Shown here piece after piece: positions 47,300 through 59,606 of a stretch of DNA of 64,000 nucleotides. Each line of letters opens with the position of its first letter. Positions within the stretch are counted from its first letter, which is position 1. Below the pieces are notes generated by a model. The model was given only the letters and a program-made list of their open reading frames with translations, made no database searches and had not been told where the DNA came from. The stretch is from Thecamonas trahens ATCC 50062 (taxonomy: Eukaryota > Protista > Apusomonadida): assembly GCF_000142905.1 (NCBI RefSeq), contig NW_013657659.1, positions 1-64,000 of the forward strand, written 5' to 3'. Made by a program: the position numbers and the translations under genes.

Positions 47300-50200
47300 T
47301 CAGCTCGGCACAGAGAGCTTCGACTCGCTCACCGACCACAGGAGCAGGTCTGACTCGGCCATCTTGCGCCGCTGCTTGTGCGCCCGCCGCATAAACTTGG
47401 CAAACAGGTCGTCAACAGAGAGGTCGGCCTCGTCCGAGCCCGAGCCCGAGCTCGAACCGGTGGCTGTGCGGAGCTGCGGCGAGCCGGTTGCCGCCCGCAG
47501 CTTGCGCGCCGACCGTGCCATCCGCGGTGTGCCCGGCGCGCCACGCGGCGCCTTGGACGCCGATAGCGGCTTGCGTCGCTTTGAGGCCGGTGGCGTCGCT
47601 ACAGGACTGCCAGCCGCAGACAGCGTAAAGACACCCGAGTTTGTCCGTAGCATCGGTGTCCGCGGCTGCAGCGCAACGTCGACGTCGCCGAGCTCGTCGT
47701 CGAACACGGCAGACCGCTTGCCGAGCACCCCGGGCCCGACCACGGTCGGCGGTATCCGCCGCGGCGTACGCGCCGGCTCGCGGTTGGCCTTGACGTGGGC
47801 CTCCACCAGCGAGCTCGGCAGTGGGCCGAGCGGCGGTCGAAGGTATGTATGATACACCGGGAGTGCACGGACCTCGGCCGGCAGCTGCTCCAGCCGGTGC
47901 TCGACCACCGCCCGCATGAACATGGCCCACAGCGGGCCGAGCTCCACAGACGGCACAAACGTCGAGCGCCCGCTGCCGCTGCCGCCGAGTGCTTGCGGAA
48001 AGTGCGCACGCAGCGCGTGCTGCAATGCTGTCCGCATCGACACCAGCGCCAGTGGGAGGAGCGGTGACTCGTGCTCCCGTGCCGCAAGCGCGCTTGCATA
48101 GTCAGAGAGGAACGCAGAGACAAGGCCCGGCTGCGCGTACGCGAGTCCCTCGAGATGCACAGAGGTGACCTGCATCGTTGACCCGTCTGATGGCACGTAC
48201 GCCGTCCCAACTCGGCCGAGATCCGGAAGCTTGAGCGCGCTCAGTACGCTTCCCAGCGTCGCCAGCGCGCCAGGTGCGTTCCACTCGAGAGGCGGCACCG
48301 CGTCGGGCGCGTACTCGGGCGCCGGCCAGTCGTACGCCCCGAGCCGGTCGTCGGTGAGGAGCGAGGCGAGCGCGTCGAGCACCCCGTTGAACATGCCGAT
48401 GCCGTGCTCAAGCGTGAGTGCAGGACGCGAGAGCACCTCGTCGACGTGGACAGAGACGTAGTGATCGATGAGCTCGCCAAGCGAGAACAGCGCCAGCGGC
48501 GGTGCCGCAGGCCCGTACTCGGCCGCCCACTTGAGCCCGGCCTGGAGCGTGCACACCGAGTACTGACCTTGCTTCGGGTCGCCGGCCTGCAGCTCATTGT
48601 ACGGCTGGATCCGCCACGCCCCGACTTGCGCCTGCGGCAGTGAGCCGAGCTCGAGCACCCGTGCCACCCGCCGCATCTCCGCCTGCACCTCTAGCTCGCG
48701 CGCGCCCGACTCGGCCTGCACCGCGTCAGACGCGTACAACACAAGCAGAGCGGCACCAGCCTGCGGTGCGAGTCCGGCCACCAGCGCGTGGAGCCGCTCG
48801 CGCTCGGCAGTCTCGGTCGCCTCGGCATCGTCGTCTTCGTCCGACGACCCGTCGTCGCCGTCGCCACTGGTGTGGAGGACAAAGACAAGGCATGTCGTCC
48901 CGCGCAACACCTCGGCGAGCGCGCGCTTGGTCTCATGCGTCTCTCCAGCCAGCGTTCCGTATACCCCCGCGCCGCCACTTGCAGCTGTGGCAGAAAGGCC
49001 TGGCCAAACGACTCGATCTCACGCCCGAGCTCGGAGGCCGCCACCCCGTACGCCGTCAGCGGCGCCGTCAGCGTCGCCGAGTTCGGTGAGAGCTGGTCAA
49101 GCTGGTCGGTAAGGAGCGACGCAGACTTGGCGAGCTTGCCCGCCAGCCACGACGAGATATCGGACTCGTGTGGCGACGACCGCGCCGCCACCACCACCTT
49201 GAACCCAAGCGTCACCGTCGCTGGGGCTGCACTAGCCGCGCCCGCAGTCCCGCGCAGCGGCCAGTGCTCCGACATCGAGCCAGCCCGAACGTGGCAGCCG
49301 TCTTCGCCCTGGGCTGACTCGAGCAGCGGCGTCGCCGCTCGCGACCGCTTGACTCCAGCCTCAAACGGTGGCATCGCCGACGCCACATGCGCAAGAAAGG
49401 CCTCGTACAGTGGCTTGGCCACCAGGCTCGGCACGTCCAGGGCGCACCAGAACGCGTGGCTCTCCTCCTCGGCGCGGAGTCGCATCGCCATCAGCACCTG
49501 CTGGCTCGCGCTCGCCGCCTCCCACTCGCGGAACGACGAGCCGGCCGAGAGCTGGCTCCGTGCCAGCCGCACCCCACCGGCGCCCGCGGGCGAGAGCAGC
49601 GAAGTGCCGCTCCGCACCAAGCTCTTTCCCTTGCCGGTCCGGGCTGGCGTTACCGGCGGCGTGGCTTCGTTACCCTCGCTCTCACCCTCGCCCGGCACTT
49701 CGAGCAGCATGCTCATGTGCTCGCCAGCCGAGAACAAGCCCGAGCTCAGCGGTACGCCGGTGAACGACGCCTTGAACTGCTGGTACCGCGCCTCGAGCTC
49801 GGCCCGCCGTGCGGCGCGCTCGCTACGGATCCGCGCGCACGTCTCATACATCGATCGCCAGCGAGTAAACAGCCCGCGCGTGATCCGCTGCTCCCGCGCG
49901 CGGATCAGGTTCGCCTCGCGCGCAGCCTGCCGCCGCGCCGCCGCCTCGCGCTGAGCCACCAGTGCGCGCTCCAGCTCGCGCGCCGCCGCCTCCGCCGCCA
50001 GCCGCTCCTCGCGCGCCAACGCCAGTCGCTGTTCTTCGGCCGCAAGTGCTGCCGCCTCGCGCCGTAGCTTCTCGGCCGACGCCGCCGCCTCAGCTGCCAG
50101 CGCGCGCTCGCGGGCGGCGGCCGCAGCGGTTGCTTCGCGGGCAGCCTTGTCGGCTGCGGCTTTGTTCGCTGCTGCCTGCGCTGCCGCTGCCTGCGCTGCC

Positions 50201-52985
50201 GCCCGCTCGGCCGCCGCTGCCTCGGCCACGCGCTTGGCCTCCGCCGCTGCTGCCACTCGAGCAGCCACCGCCGCTGCTTTGGCGGCCTCAGCGTCAGCTG
50301 CGGCCTTAGCTCTGGCCGCCACCGCCTTGGCCTCCACCGCCTTCGCCTCCGCCTCAGCTGCGGCCTTGGCGCGGGCCACCCGGCGCTCGTTCTCTAGCGC
50401 GAGGGCTGCTGCGCGAGCCTGTTCTTGGCGGACTGCATCCGCCTCTCGCGCAGCTGCAGCAGCAGCAGCTCGACGCTCGGAATTGGCAGCACGGGCGGCG
50501 GCGATCGCGTCCTGATCCTCCTCTCCGGCGCCGCGTCGGGAGAGGAGGCGGACGTGTTTTTGAAGCATTGCCCGATCCAGCGGCGGCTCGCCGTGCCGCG
50601 GCAGGACGCCCGAGATAACCAACGCGTTGGTGGCGCACGGGTCGAGCTTGGACTCGATGAGGACGTGCGAGCACGAGACTGGGAACTTGGATGAGTTGTG
50701 GACCAGCGAGTCGGTGCCAAAGAAAACGCACACCTGGCCGTGGTAGTCGCGGCTCGTCTGGTTCGCCTGAGTCGCCGGCACCTCGGCGGGCGCCAGGCCG
50801 TGGTGCTGCAGAAAGGCGATGGCCTCGGTCTCGGTCTCAAAGCCGAGAACGCCCACGAGGTACTCGACTGGGATTGGATCGACAACCTTGGCACCGGCAA
50901 TTGGGCCGGCAACCGATCGGTACGCCCGGTTCATGGTCCGCAGTGCTACGCTTCGCATCGGATTGAAGAACTTGTGGATGAGGCACGCGTTGAGGTACGT
51001 CGTCGAGCGGACAAGGTTAAAGAACTTGGCGTAGTTGCCAGTCTTGAACGCCTGCACCACGTCGAGCGCAAAGGCGAGGTCTGGCGAGGCCAGCAGCTCG
51101 GCCGGGAGCGTGAGCAGGTCAAGCAGCGCCTCGGGTGAGTCAATGCGAGAGAGGACGCCGTAGGCGCGGAACTCAGCCTCGTTCGGCGGTGTCTCGCCGC
51201 GGTAGCGGAGGACACGGTACATGTGGAAGAGGTCGGTGATGCACTTGGAGAACTGCTCCATGTTCTGCTGCGAGTCGAAGAGCTCGATCGGCTCCTCGCA
51301 GCACCGGTGCTCCGAGAGAATGTGGAACCGCACAATTTGCTCAAGCACCTCGGCAGCCTCGACCGAGGCGATGGCCTGAAAGTTGTAGTCCTGTCGGATT
51401 GACCGGGTCCGGTCGCGGACATAGGCATGGACCTCAGCAAACGACCGCGCCGTCGAGTCGATGACCTGAGCGAGGACGTAGTCCATGGTCCTACGAAGAA
51501 CAGGGTGCGGACGGACCTCTTCCGGGAGCGGGGGCGCGTCGCCGGCTGCTGGCCGGTGGAACTTCTTCATCACCGCCGAGTGGTCGATGGTGTTCGTTCC
51601 GGGAATCTTCTCAAACGAGAGCAGATCATTGCGAATGTACCGCTCCAGCCGCTCGTGCTCTGGGCACATGTCCGGGCAGGTGCCGACAATGGCGGCGGCA
51701 TCGCGGACGTCGGTGCCGTGGACCAGCGCGGCCTTGGCCTCCTCGCGCTTGCGGACAACCTCGACGTTGAGCTTCTTGTACCGCGCTTCGGCCTCGCCGA
51801 CCGAAGCAAACCGCTTTGCGCGCTCCGCCGCCCGCTCCTGGGTCAGCGAGTCATCGTCGCGAATTTTGACCAGCGTAGACGGCGCCGGGACGACGGCCGC
51901 CGGTGGAGTCGCCCGCAGCGCCGCAGACGCTGCCGCAGACGGCCGCTGCGTCGCAAACGGGGCCTCTTCTCGGCTGCTCCGCGCCACATGCTTGCGTTGG
52001 GGCGGCGCGAACAGACTGCGCCCAGAGGTGGGTGTCGGCTTGGGCTGTGCCACGGCGAACGGGTTGGAGCCGGGCGCTGGCGGGGCCGACGGAGCCGATA
52101 GTGCCGATGGTGCCGACGGGACAAAGGCCGGAGCAGTAGCCCGCAGCTTGAACGACGACGGGCCGGTGTCACTCGAGCCCGCGCCGGAGAGGCCGGAGAA
52201 GGCGGACGCGGTGCGGGTCATTGTCGACTGCAAAAAGTGGCTGGCGCTGTCGTTGGTGGCGGTGGCGGAAGTGTCGTCGACTTCGTCGTCTCGGTCGTCA
52301 TCGTCGGGAGAAGCATGGTCGCGGCGGGAGGTGCGGACGACGACGCAGAGTCGAACGACGGCACCGAGCGCGCCTGCGAGACCTTAATGGGTACACCGCC
52401 GATAGAAGTGACCGAGGCGATGGCCTCTCGGGCGGAAGCGGCGGTCTCGAAAACAATGATGGCCGACTTTTTGGACTTGCCAAACTTGGGGAAGATGTCG
52501 ACCACCTTGCCGCACTTGGTCACGGCGCGGACAAGCGCGCCCTTGTAGTTGCTCTCATCAGGGACAACAGGGATAAAGACAGCGCGCTTGGTAGGGTCGT
52601 CATCGTCACCGTCGTTGTTGCGCTGGTACTCTTCGGTCGACGCGCCGCCATCGTCGTTGTTGCCGTCATCGCCGTTGTCATCTTCATCGTGGCCGTCGTC
52701 GTCACCGGCAAAGTGGAACCCCGAAGCTGAGCCGTTGTTGTTCTTGGAGCGCTTAACAAAGACGGTAGTGCCCTTGCCGCCGCGCTGGCCCTTGCGTGGG
52801 TTGCGGGCGGCATTTTCGCCATCACCAGACGATGCGCCCTTGGCTTTGTTGAGGCCGCTCAGGCGGGCAGCAAACTTGTCAGCGAGCGAACCCTTGGTCC
52901 CAGACGGCTTCTTCCGCTTCCGGGCCTGGACCGCCGACTTTTTGCCCTTCTTGCCCGACGACTTGGACGCCTTTTTCCCACGGGT
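47300..52985 (-). CDS. MCM3AP: GANP/MCM3AP (Sac3 family) mRNA export factor with RRM, SAC3/PCI, CID helix and C-terminal domain; two -1 frame breaks (~52325, 48964-48968)
   Basis: IVGTCPDMCPEHER, EVRPHPVLRRTMDY, DRTRSIRQD, NEAEFRAY, YLNACL; RRM-like (AVFIP..CGKVVDI..SAIIVF) upstream. Acceptor CCCCAACAG ends at 52986. The first exon is uncertain (possibly ATG|GTGAGA at 53496-53494). Confidence 0.85.
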
Positions 52986-54201
52986 CTGTTGGGGGGGGGA
53001 GGTGAGTGAGCGCAGTCGTCCGCCTCGACGATCAGAGTGCGAAACAGAGGACGGGAGAGGGGGTAGATGGAGAGTGGCTTCAGATTTGAGCAGCAGTACA
53101 TCAAAGGAGCAGAGGAGGACGGAGTACTTGGGGACCGACGCAGTGGATGGGCAGATTGCCGAGCAGTGCTCGTAGCAGTGGCATAGCAGATTCGGCGTAG
53201 CAGTGGCTGGGCAGCGGCTGGGCAGTAGCGTAGCAGTGCTCGTAGCACTGGCTGTGCATACCCATCACAACCGTCCCCACCGTCCGCCCGCCCCATCAGT
53301 CCCATCCGGTATTTTTTTTCGTCTGTCCGTCCTGCAGCCCATACGTCCGTTTGCCTGTCCCACAGCCCGCCTGCCCGTCCATCTTCTTCGTCCCCACTCG
53401 CGCGCGTCTGTCCGTCCCCTCCTACAGCTCGTCCATCCCGTTCGTCCGCCATTCCGGTCACTCCATCCCAAACACCTTAACACTCACTCTCACCATGGGT
53501 ATGGGCATGGGAATAGCTATGGCTATGGGTATGGCTATGGGTATGGGTATGGGTATGGGTATAGGTGGGAGGCAGGCGGAGGCAAGGGGAGGTAGGTCCT
53601 TGGCGACACGAGCCACCACACCCAACCATAGCCATAGCCATAGCCATAGCCTTAGTCGCCCCCTCCTCCTCCCCCCCCCTCTCCCCCTACCCATACTCAT
53701 TCTTATACAATGGCGTATATGGTCATGGTGGGTTTGCGTACCTTCTTGGGCATGGTCGAGGTGCTTCTGGTCAAGGGGGGCAGAAACACACTCTCGCCGT
53801 GAGGGTCAAGTGCTCACCCCCGCCGACAAGGTGGCCGTCATCGCCGACAAGGTGGCCACCATCGCCGACAAGGTGGCTGTCCGTGGCCGGTAAAACCGTG
53901 ATTTCTCAGCACAAGTCGACGACAGTGGTGGTGGTGGTGGCCCAGCTGACGTATTGAGGGCAGGCAGCAGCGAGTCTTGGCAGGGACGGATCACACGGCA
54001 ATGGGGATGGCTGTGATCGGATGGAAGGAGATCGAGTTGGCCTGGCTGACTGCACAGATAGAAGAGTAGACCAGTAGCTAACATCAGCATCGGCAGATAT
54101 GGGCTGCAGGGGGGAGGGGGGGCTATAGATTGTACAACAAGTAAAGTGTTCAACAGCTCAAGGCTGCGGCCACCCACAGACGACGGAGAAAGTCAACCGT
54201 C

Positions 54202-54858
54202 TCAGAAAAGAGCAGCAATCGCGGCACCCACAGTCGCAACCACCACAATAGCTTCGGCAAGAGGCGCCGACGAGGCAGCGGCAGACGTGCTGCCGCTGCT
54301 ACCAGGCTGCGCGTTGGCAAAACCATGGCCGACCGTGTTGCCGCTGTTCGTCACGGCGCCGCAAGTGGTGCGCGGGTAGATGGTTGCCGCACCCGAGCAC
54401 GTGCCGCAGGCAGCATCCGTGCACTCAATAGCCGAGACCGTTGACGAGCCCAGAGCGAGCGAGTTGGACGTTCCATCATTGTTGTACGCACACGTCGACA
54501 TGGTGGCGATCATCGACGTTGGGTTGCCTGCGCAGGTCGGCGACGACGACCAGAACCGCATGACGTTGTCAAAGCCCGTCGTCGTCGGCTCAGTCGCCGT
54601 ACACACGCGCTGATAGTACCGACCAGAAGTTCCAATTTGAGAGCAAGTGGCACCCACGCAGTTGCTCGTGTACGCAGCAGTAATCCCCAGCGCAGTCGTG
54701 TTGCCCGACACCGTGCATCCAGCGCCCGAATAAACCGTCTCCACCTGCCACTCGGCAGCAACAGCTGCCGGAACCACAGCAGCCACAACAATAGCCACAA
54801 CAAGCGTCCTGTATCTTCCCAAATCCCACGGTCGCACCACATAAAGTACATGCACCAT
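54202..54858 (-). CDS. Small Cys/Thr/Ser-rich secreted, probably GPI-anchored surface protein
   Basis: Hydrophobic N-terminal signal (LVVAIVVAAVVPAAVAA), about 10 Cys, Ser/Gly spacer and hydrophobic C-terminal tail ending AIAALF. Confidence 0.7.
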   Translation of the reverse strand: MVHVLYVVRPWDLGRYRTLVVAIVVAAVVPAAVAAEWQVETVYSGAGCTVSGNTTALGITAAYTSNCVGATCSQIGTSGRYYQRVCTATEPTTTGFDNVMRFWSSSPTCAGNPTSMIATMSTCAYNNDGTSNSLALGSSTVSAIECTDAACGTCSGAATIYPRTTCGAVTNSGNTVGHGFANAQPGSSGSTSAAASSAPLAEAIVVVATVGAAIAALF

Positions 54859-55373
54859 ATAAGGTTGTAGTCAAGAAATATTGTGAGTATCCTGCCCCAT
54901 ACGTCCACACGAGCCGGAGTATGTCCGCATGCAGGCCCCCCCCTTGTTCGCCGTTACGTACCAGTTCATTTTTTTTTTATCCAGACGGGTGTAGTGGTCA
55001 ACGAGTACGACGGTGTGAAACAGCCCACCACTGCCCCCCTAGCGACTACATGTAGTCATATATGGTTGGCTGTTTCACGGTGGATGGCAGCGGGCGTTGA
55101 CTATGCCGCAGTTTAGCATGAACGTAATGCTTGGCGCCATCATTTCCGCGCTCAGCCAAATGCACGCAGGCTCGGTCCCGCTACGGGTGGTGCTCGGCGA
55201 GGCGCATGACGCCGACACCTTTGTCGAGCAACTCGTCGTCGTCATCTCGCTCGACGACGCAGCCAGCCAGCGGATCCCACGATCACTCGAAGCGTGGCAT
55301 CGCTTCGATCAAGAAAAGGCTGGCAATGGAGGCACGAGGCGACAAGCCTTGTCGCGTGGCAATTCTTGCAGCA

Positions 55374-55472
55374 GGCGGGTGATCAGGCGGGTGATCAGGC
55401 GGGTGATCAGGCGGGTGATCAGGCGGGTGATCAGGCGGGTGATCAGGCGGGTGATCAGGCGGGTGATCAGGC
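55374..55472. repeat. 12-bp tandem repeat (GGTGATCAGGCG), about 8 copies
   Basis: Directly visible. Confidence 0.96.
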
Positions 55473-55798
55473 GGCTCGCGAGACCCCCGGGCACATACAC
55501 ACACACACTCTCTCTCTCACACCACTCCTCTCTCGTTCATGGTTGAACAATGAGTGTGAATTTTCTCCAAGACATGTAGGTGCTCGTGTGGCTGGGTGGG
55601 GGGGTGGTTGGGGGTGGGATGGGGGTGGATGGGGGAAGGCAAGGGGTGAGTGGGTCCAGAAAAAGGTCGTAGTTGGCGCGAAGCACCGCGAGGAGACACT
55701 CACCGGCCAGGTCGCGGAAGGATGCATGCAGGGCAAGAAGGGGAGTTGAAACGGCCTACAAGAACTACCACTCTGCCCTGGCGGCGTACGACAGCTGC

Positions 55799-58349
55799 AT
55801 GAGTGAGGGCATAGCCGAGGCCAAGGTGCGCATAGCTGAGGCCAAGGTCGGAGTGGCCGAGGCCAAGGTCGACGAGGCCGAGGCCAAGGTTGACGAGGCC
55901 GAAACCAGGGTTGACAAGGCCGAGGCTATGGTCGGTGTGGCCGAGGCCGAGATCCGGGTGGCCAAGGCCAAGGTCGGGGTGGCCGAGGCTAGGCACGAGG
56001 CAGTGATTGGCGCACGGCATGCTGGAGTCGCAACGGATGCCGACGTGGCCGAGGCCAAGGTCGGGGTGGCCGAGGCCAAGGTCGGGGTGGCCGAGGCTAG
56101 GCACGAGGCAGTGATTGGCGCACGGCATGCTGGAGTCGCAACGGATGCCGACGTGGCCGAGGCCAAGGTTGACGTGGCCGAGGCCAAGATCGGGGTGGCC
56201 GAGGCCAAGGTTGTCGTGCTCGAGGCCAAACTGCGCGAAGCGACTGCGTGTGACGCCAGCGAGGCCGAGATCGAATCAATCACGACACGACTCAAACTCG
56301 CCTCGCAAGAACTGACCCATGCCTCGCCGGCTAACGAGAAGCTCCACCCGCAGATCGGCATTATTCAGCCGCACGGGGCAGCCTCCAAGTCTAGGGCAAA
56401 GGGCTTTGCGTCACACCTATCGCCGGTCTCGGATCCGGCAGCACTCTACCCTCTGCTGGTGACCGGGCACCTGAAGATGGTTGGATGGCCGGAGCAGGAG
56501 AGCCAGTCACCTTCGGCAAGCAGTGGAGCTTTGTCCGTGGCCGATCTTGCCAGTGGGCCGGAAGACCTCGGCAGTGGCGCTGCTGCCTCTCCGCCCACTT
56601 GCCAGTTTGTCGAGCTCGACCACAACGTCGCCCTGGGAATGTTTAGCCGCGTTGGTAACCTGCAGGCTGCTACGCAAAAGGCTGTGCGTGACATCACCCA
56701 ATCTCTCTGGCCTCTGGTCTTCACCTCCAGCTCTAGCCCGTGTGTCGGGCTTGATGCTGACCCAATGCAGACCTTCCATCTCGAACGCACTTTCCTCTCG
56801 GAGCTCACGTCGTCGCTTTACGTCTTTCTTCGCGACGAGATCTCGACTCCTTTCCGAGTGACACGGAGCTGGCCAAGCACACGGCCAGTGCTTTGGATTT
56901 TGCTTGCAGCATCGAGCAGATCTCGACAAGGTCATTGCCAGCGCGACATCAGTCGAGCGCGCAACAACGCGTTTGGCCGCTATCACGTCGGAGCTGGCCC
57001 AGTCCGGATCGTCGTCGTCACGTCCAGACTCAAACCGTCGGGCAACCGAGCTGCTTGCCGCGATGATCGAGGCGGAGGAAGAACTGACCAACCCGCAACT
57101 GGAGCAGATTCCGGTTCGGGTGACGAATGCGCGCGAGAGCCGCGAAGACTCGCATGATCCCAGTTCCTCGGACGCACGCAGTGCTGATGCTGTTGTGTTC
57201 AACCGAAGCCCACTGCGGACGTGGATGTGGGTCGAACACCCGGTACTCCGCAACGCGCAGCCGGACGTACTCTGGGGCCTCCACTCCCAGCAGGTCAAGC
57301 TCGGCTTTGGCATCTTTGAGCCCGGCAGTTCCTCCAAGGGGGGACAAGTCGAGGCGTACGCTTCTGCGTTGGGGCTGGCTGCTGCTGGCTACCCTGCTGT
57401 GATTTCGATCCTCTCACTCTCGGGGTCGTTTCCCACGCCGGAAAACTCCGGCGCCAACATCTCGCTGCAACTTGCAGCTCACCTTGTCGGCGAAAACCAG
57501 GTGCAGCATGTAGCTGTGGGCCTCCTCAAGACCGACTCGCTCACATCGTACGTGGACATTGTGGCCGGCTTTGCAGTTTCGATGTCCGAGGTCACCCAGA
57601 TCATGGTCAAGCGCCTGGCGGACCCAAGCCTTGCGCCGCAGCAGTTTGGGCCCAACGTGGCGGTTGTCGCCGGATTTGTCTTCAAGTGGTTCCGCCCCTC
57701 CTCCTGCCGCTGGCCGAACCTGGATGCGTGGACGATTGCGTCGCCCGAGCTGCGGATGTGCTTGATGGTGGTCGACAAAGCGTTCACCGTTCTCCACGGA
57801 CCCCACAACGAGACGGTCGAGGCGCTACCTGGTCATGTTGCTGTCGTTGTCACCAAGGCTGTGACCGATGTTGAGGTTGACGACACGGGCGTGACTACGG
57901 CCCACTTTGACGACGTGGCGGCCCGGCTGAAGAAGCTCCATGCCGCGGGCATTGTCCATGGCGACGTCCGCCGTAGCAACATTGTCTTTGGCAACAACGG
58001 CAAAGGTTACCTCATTGACTTTGACCTTGCGCGGCCGGTCGGAACCGTGTACCCGGCACGTCTCCGTGTGGTGCGCGACGGGTCACGCGCGCCTGGTTGT
58101 GTCAACTCAACAGCCATCATGGCGGTTGCGCACGACGTATTTGCGTTGGGTGGCGTGATGGAGCTGTACCAAGCCGTCGACAATGGCAGACAGAGCGAGT
58201 GGATCGCTCTCGTCGAATCGTTGAAAGCGGAGGAGTACGGTGCCGCGGTCGGCAAGCTGCCGAGCGAGTGGCCAAGCCCGCCGTTCCTGCTGCAGCGCAC
58301 CAGGTCCGCCCGCAGCAAGTCGTGGTCACGCGGAACTGGGTCGCCGTAA
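55799..58349 (+). CDS. Crinkler-type effector-like protein: heptad coiled coil, REase-like domain and divergent Ser/Thr kinase; two successive -1 breaks (~56851, 56898-56901)
   Basis: (AEAKVGV)n repeats; ADAVV..GIFE..GQVEAY (PD-(D/E)xK-like with QxxxY); LHAAGIVHGDVRRSNIVF..YLIDFDLA..HDVFAL. Start codon is uncertain and it may be a pseudogene. Confidence 0.72.
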
Positions 58350-58605
58350 ACAACTACCATGGCCTCATCCTTGAACGAGCCGTGCCGATCTGCGCGTCGT
58401 CGCTACAGGGCGGATTGCATGGTCAAAGTAAGCAGCGCGTCGACTATGAGTAGCAGCATGTGACATGTGATCCGGAACTTGGCTTGGCTTGGCCAGCGTT
58501 CTCGAACATGATCACTCACAGCGCCCACTTCCCTTCCACCACCGCCAACTAACCGATCAATCTCGATCATGATCTCCCCCTTCCCTCACCCACCCATACC
58601 CATAG

Positions 58606-59589
58606 CCGGCCAAAAACCCTCTCTGACATTGCGCATCAAAACGAAGTTGTTGCTACACTGCAGGGATGTGTGGATAATGACCAGCTCCCACATCTGCTGT
58701 TCTACGGACCGCCTGGCACGGGAAAGACTTCGGCTATTCTGGCCTTTGCTCATCAGCTCTGGGTCCGCTCATGAAGGAGAGGGTCCTTGAGCTCAATGCC
58801 TCGGATGAGCGTGGTATTGCTGCGGTGCGGACTCGTATCAAGAATTTTGCAAAGATTGCGGTGGCTAAGACCACCGTCGAGGGCTTCCCTTGCCCGCCCA
58901 TCAAGCTCATCATTCTCGACGAGGCCGACTCGCTGACGCCTGCAGCTCAGTCGGCGCTCCGCCGGACCATGGAGCTGTACTCCAAGTTTACTCGGTTCTG
59001 CCTCATCGGCAACTACGTCTCTCGCATCATCGACCCCATCACGTCGCGCTGCTCAAAGTTCCGCTTCAAGCCGCTGCCGGCAGACGTCGTCACGGCCCGC
59101 GTCACTCGCATCGCCGCCGACGAAGGTCTCGCCGTCGCCCCGGCCGTCCTCGACGCTATTATGCAGGTCTCCGGCGGTGACATGCGCAAGGCCGTCACTC
59201 TCCTCCAGTCCGGATTCCGCCTCTACGGCGCCGAGCTCGACGCCGACGCCGTCTTTGACCTCTCCGGCGAGCTCCCACCCTCCCGCCTCGACGCCCTTCT
59301 CGATGTCATCCGCTCCAACAAGTTCTCCCAGCTCAAGGCTGCTGTTGAGGACCTGGTCCTCGACGGCTTTTCAGGCGACAAGCTTGTCATTGCTCTCTCC
59401 GACTGGGTCGTCGCCACCGCAGACATCTCAGACCTCCAGAAGGCCTTTATCATGCGTCGCCTGGCCCTTGCCGACAAGGCTCTCCAGGACGGTGCCGACG
59501 AGTACCTGCAGATGCTCGACCTCGCCTCTCACACTATGCGCGTCTACGCCAAGCTCCCGCTCAACCTTGGCGTCCGCGAGTCGCTGTAA
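58606..59589 (+). CDS. RFC4: Replication factor C small subunit (RFC4 / yeast Rfc2); first exon not found, -1 break at 58761-58763
   Basis: RPKTL..HQNEVV..LPHLLFYGPPGTGKTS, VLELNASDERGI, IILDEADSLT..QSALRRTME, SRCSKFRFKPL, LQDGADEYLQ. Branch-point-like ACTAAC at ~58548 and TAG acceptor at 58605. Confidence 0.9.
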
Positions 59590-59606
59590 ACCATTCACCG
59601 CCAGCT

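Noticed and set aside
54883-55546. Short ORFs 54883..55116 and 55097..55546
   Set aside because: No recognisable domain, and the longer ORF is extended only by the 12-bp repeat. Possibly a decayed fragment.
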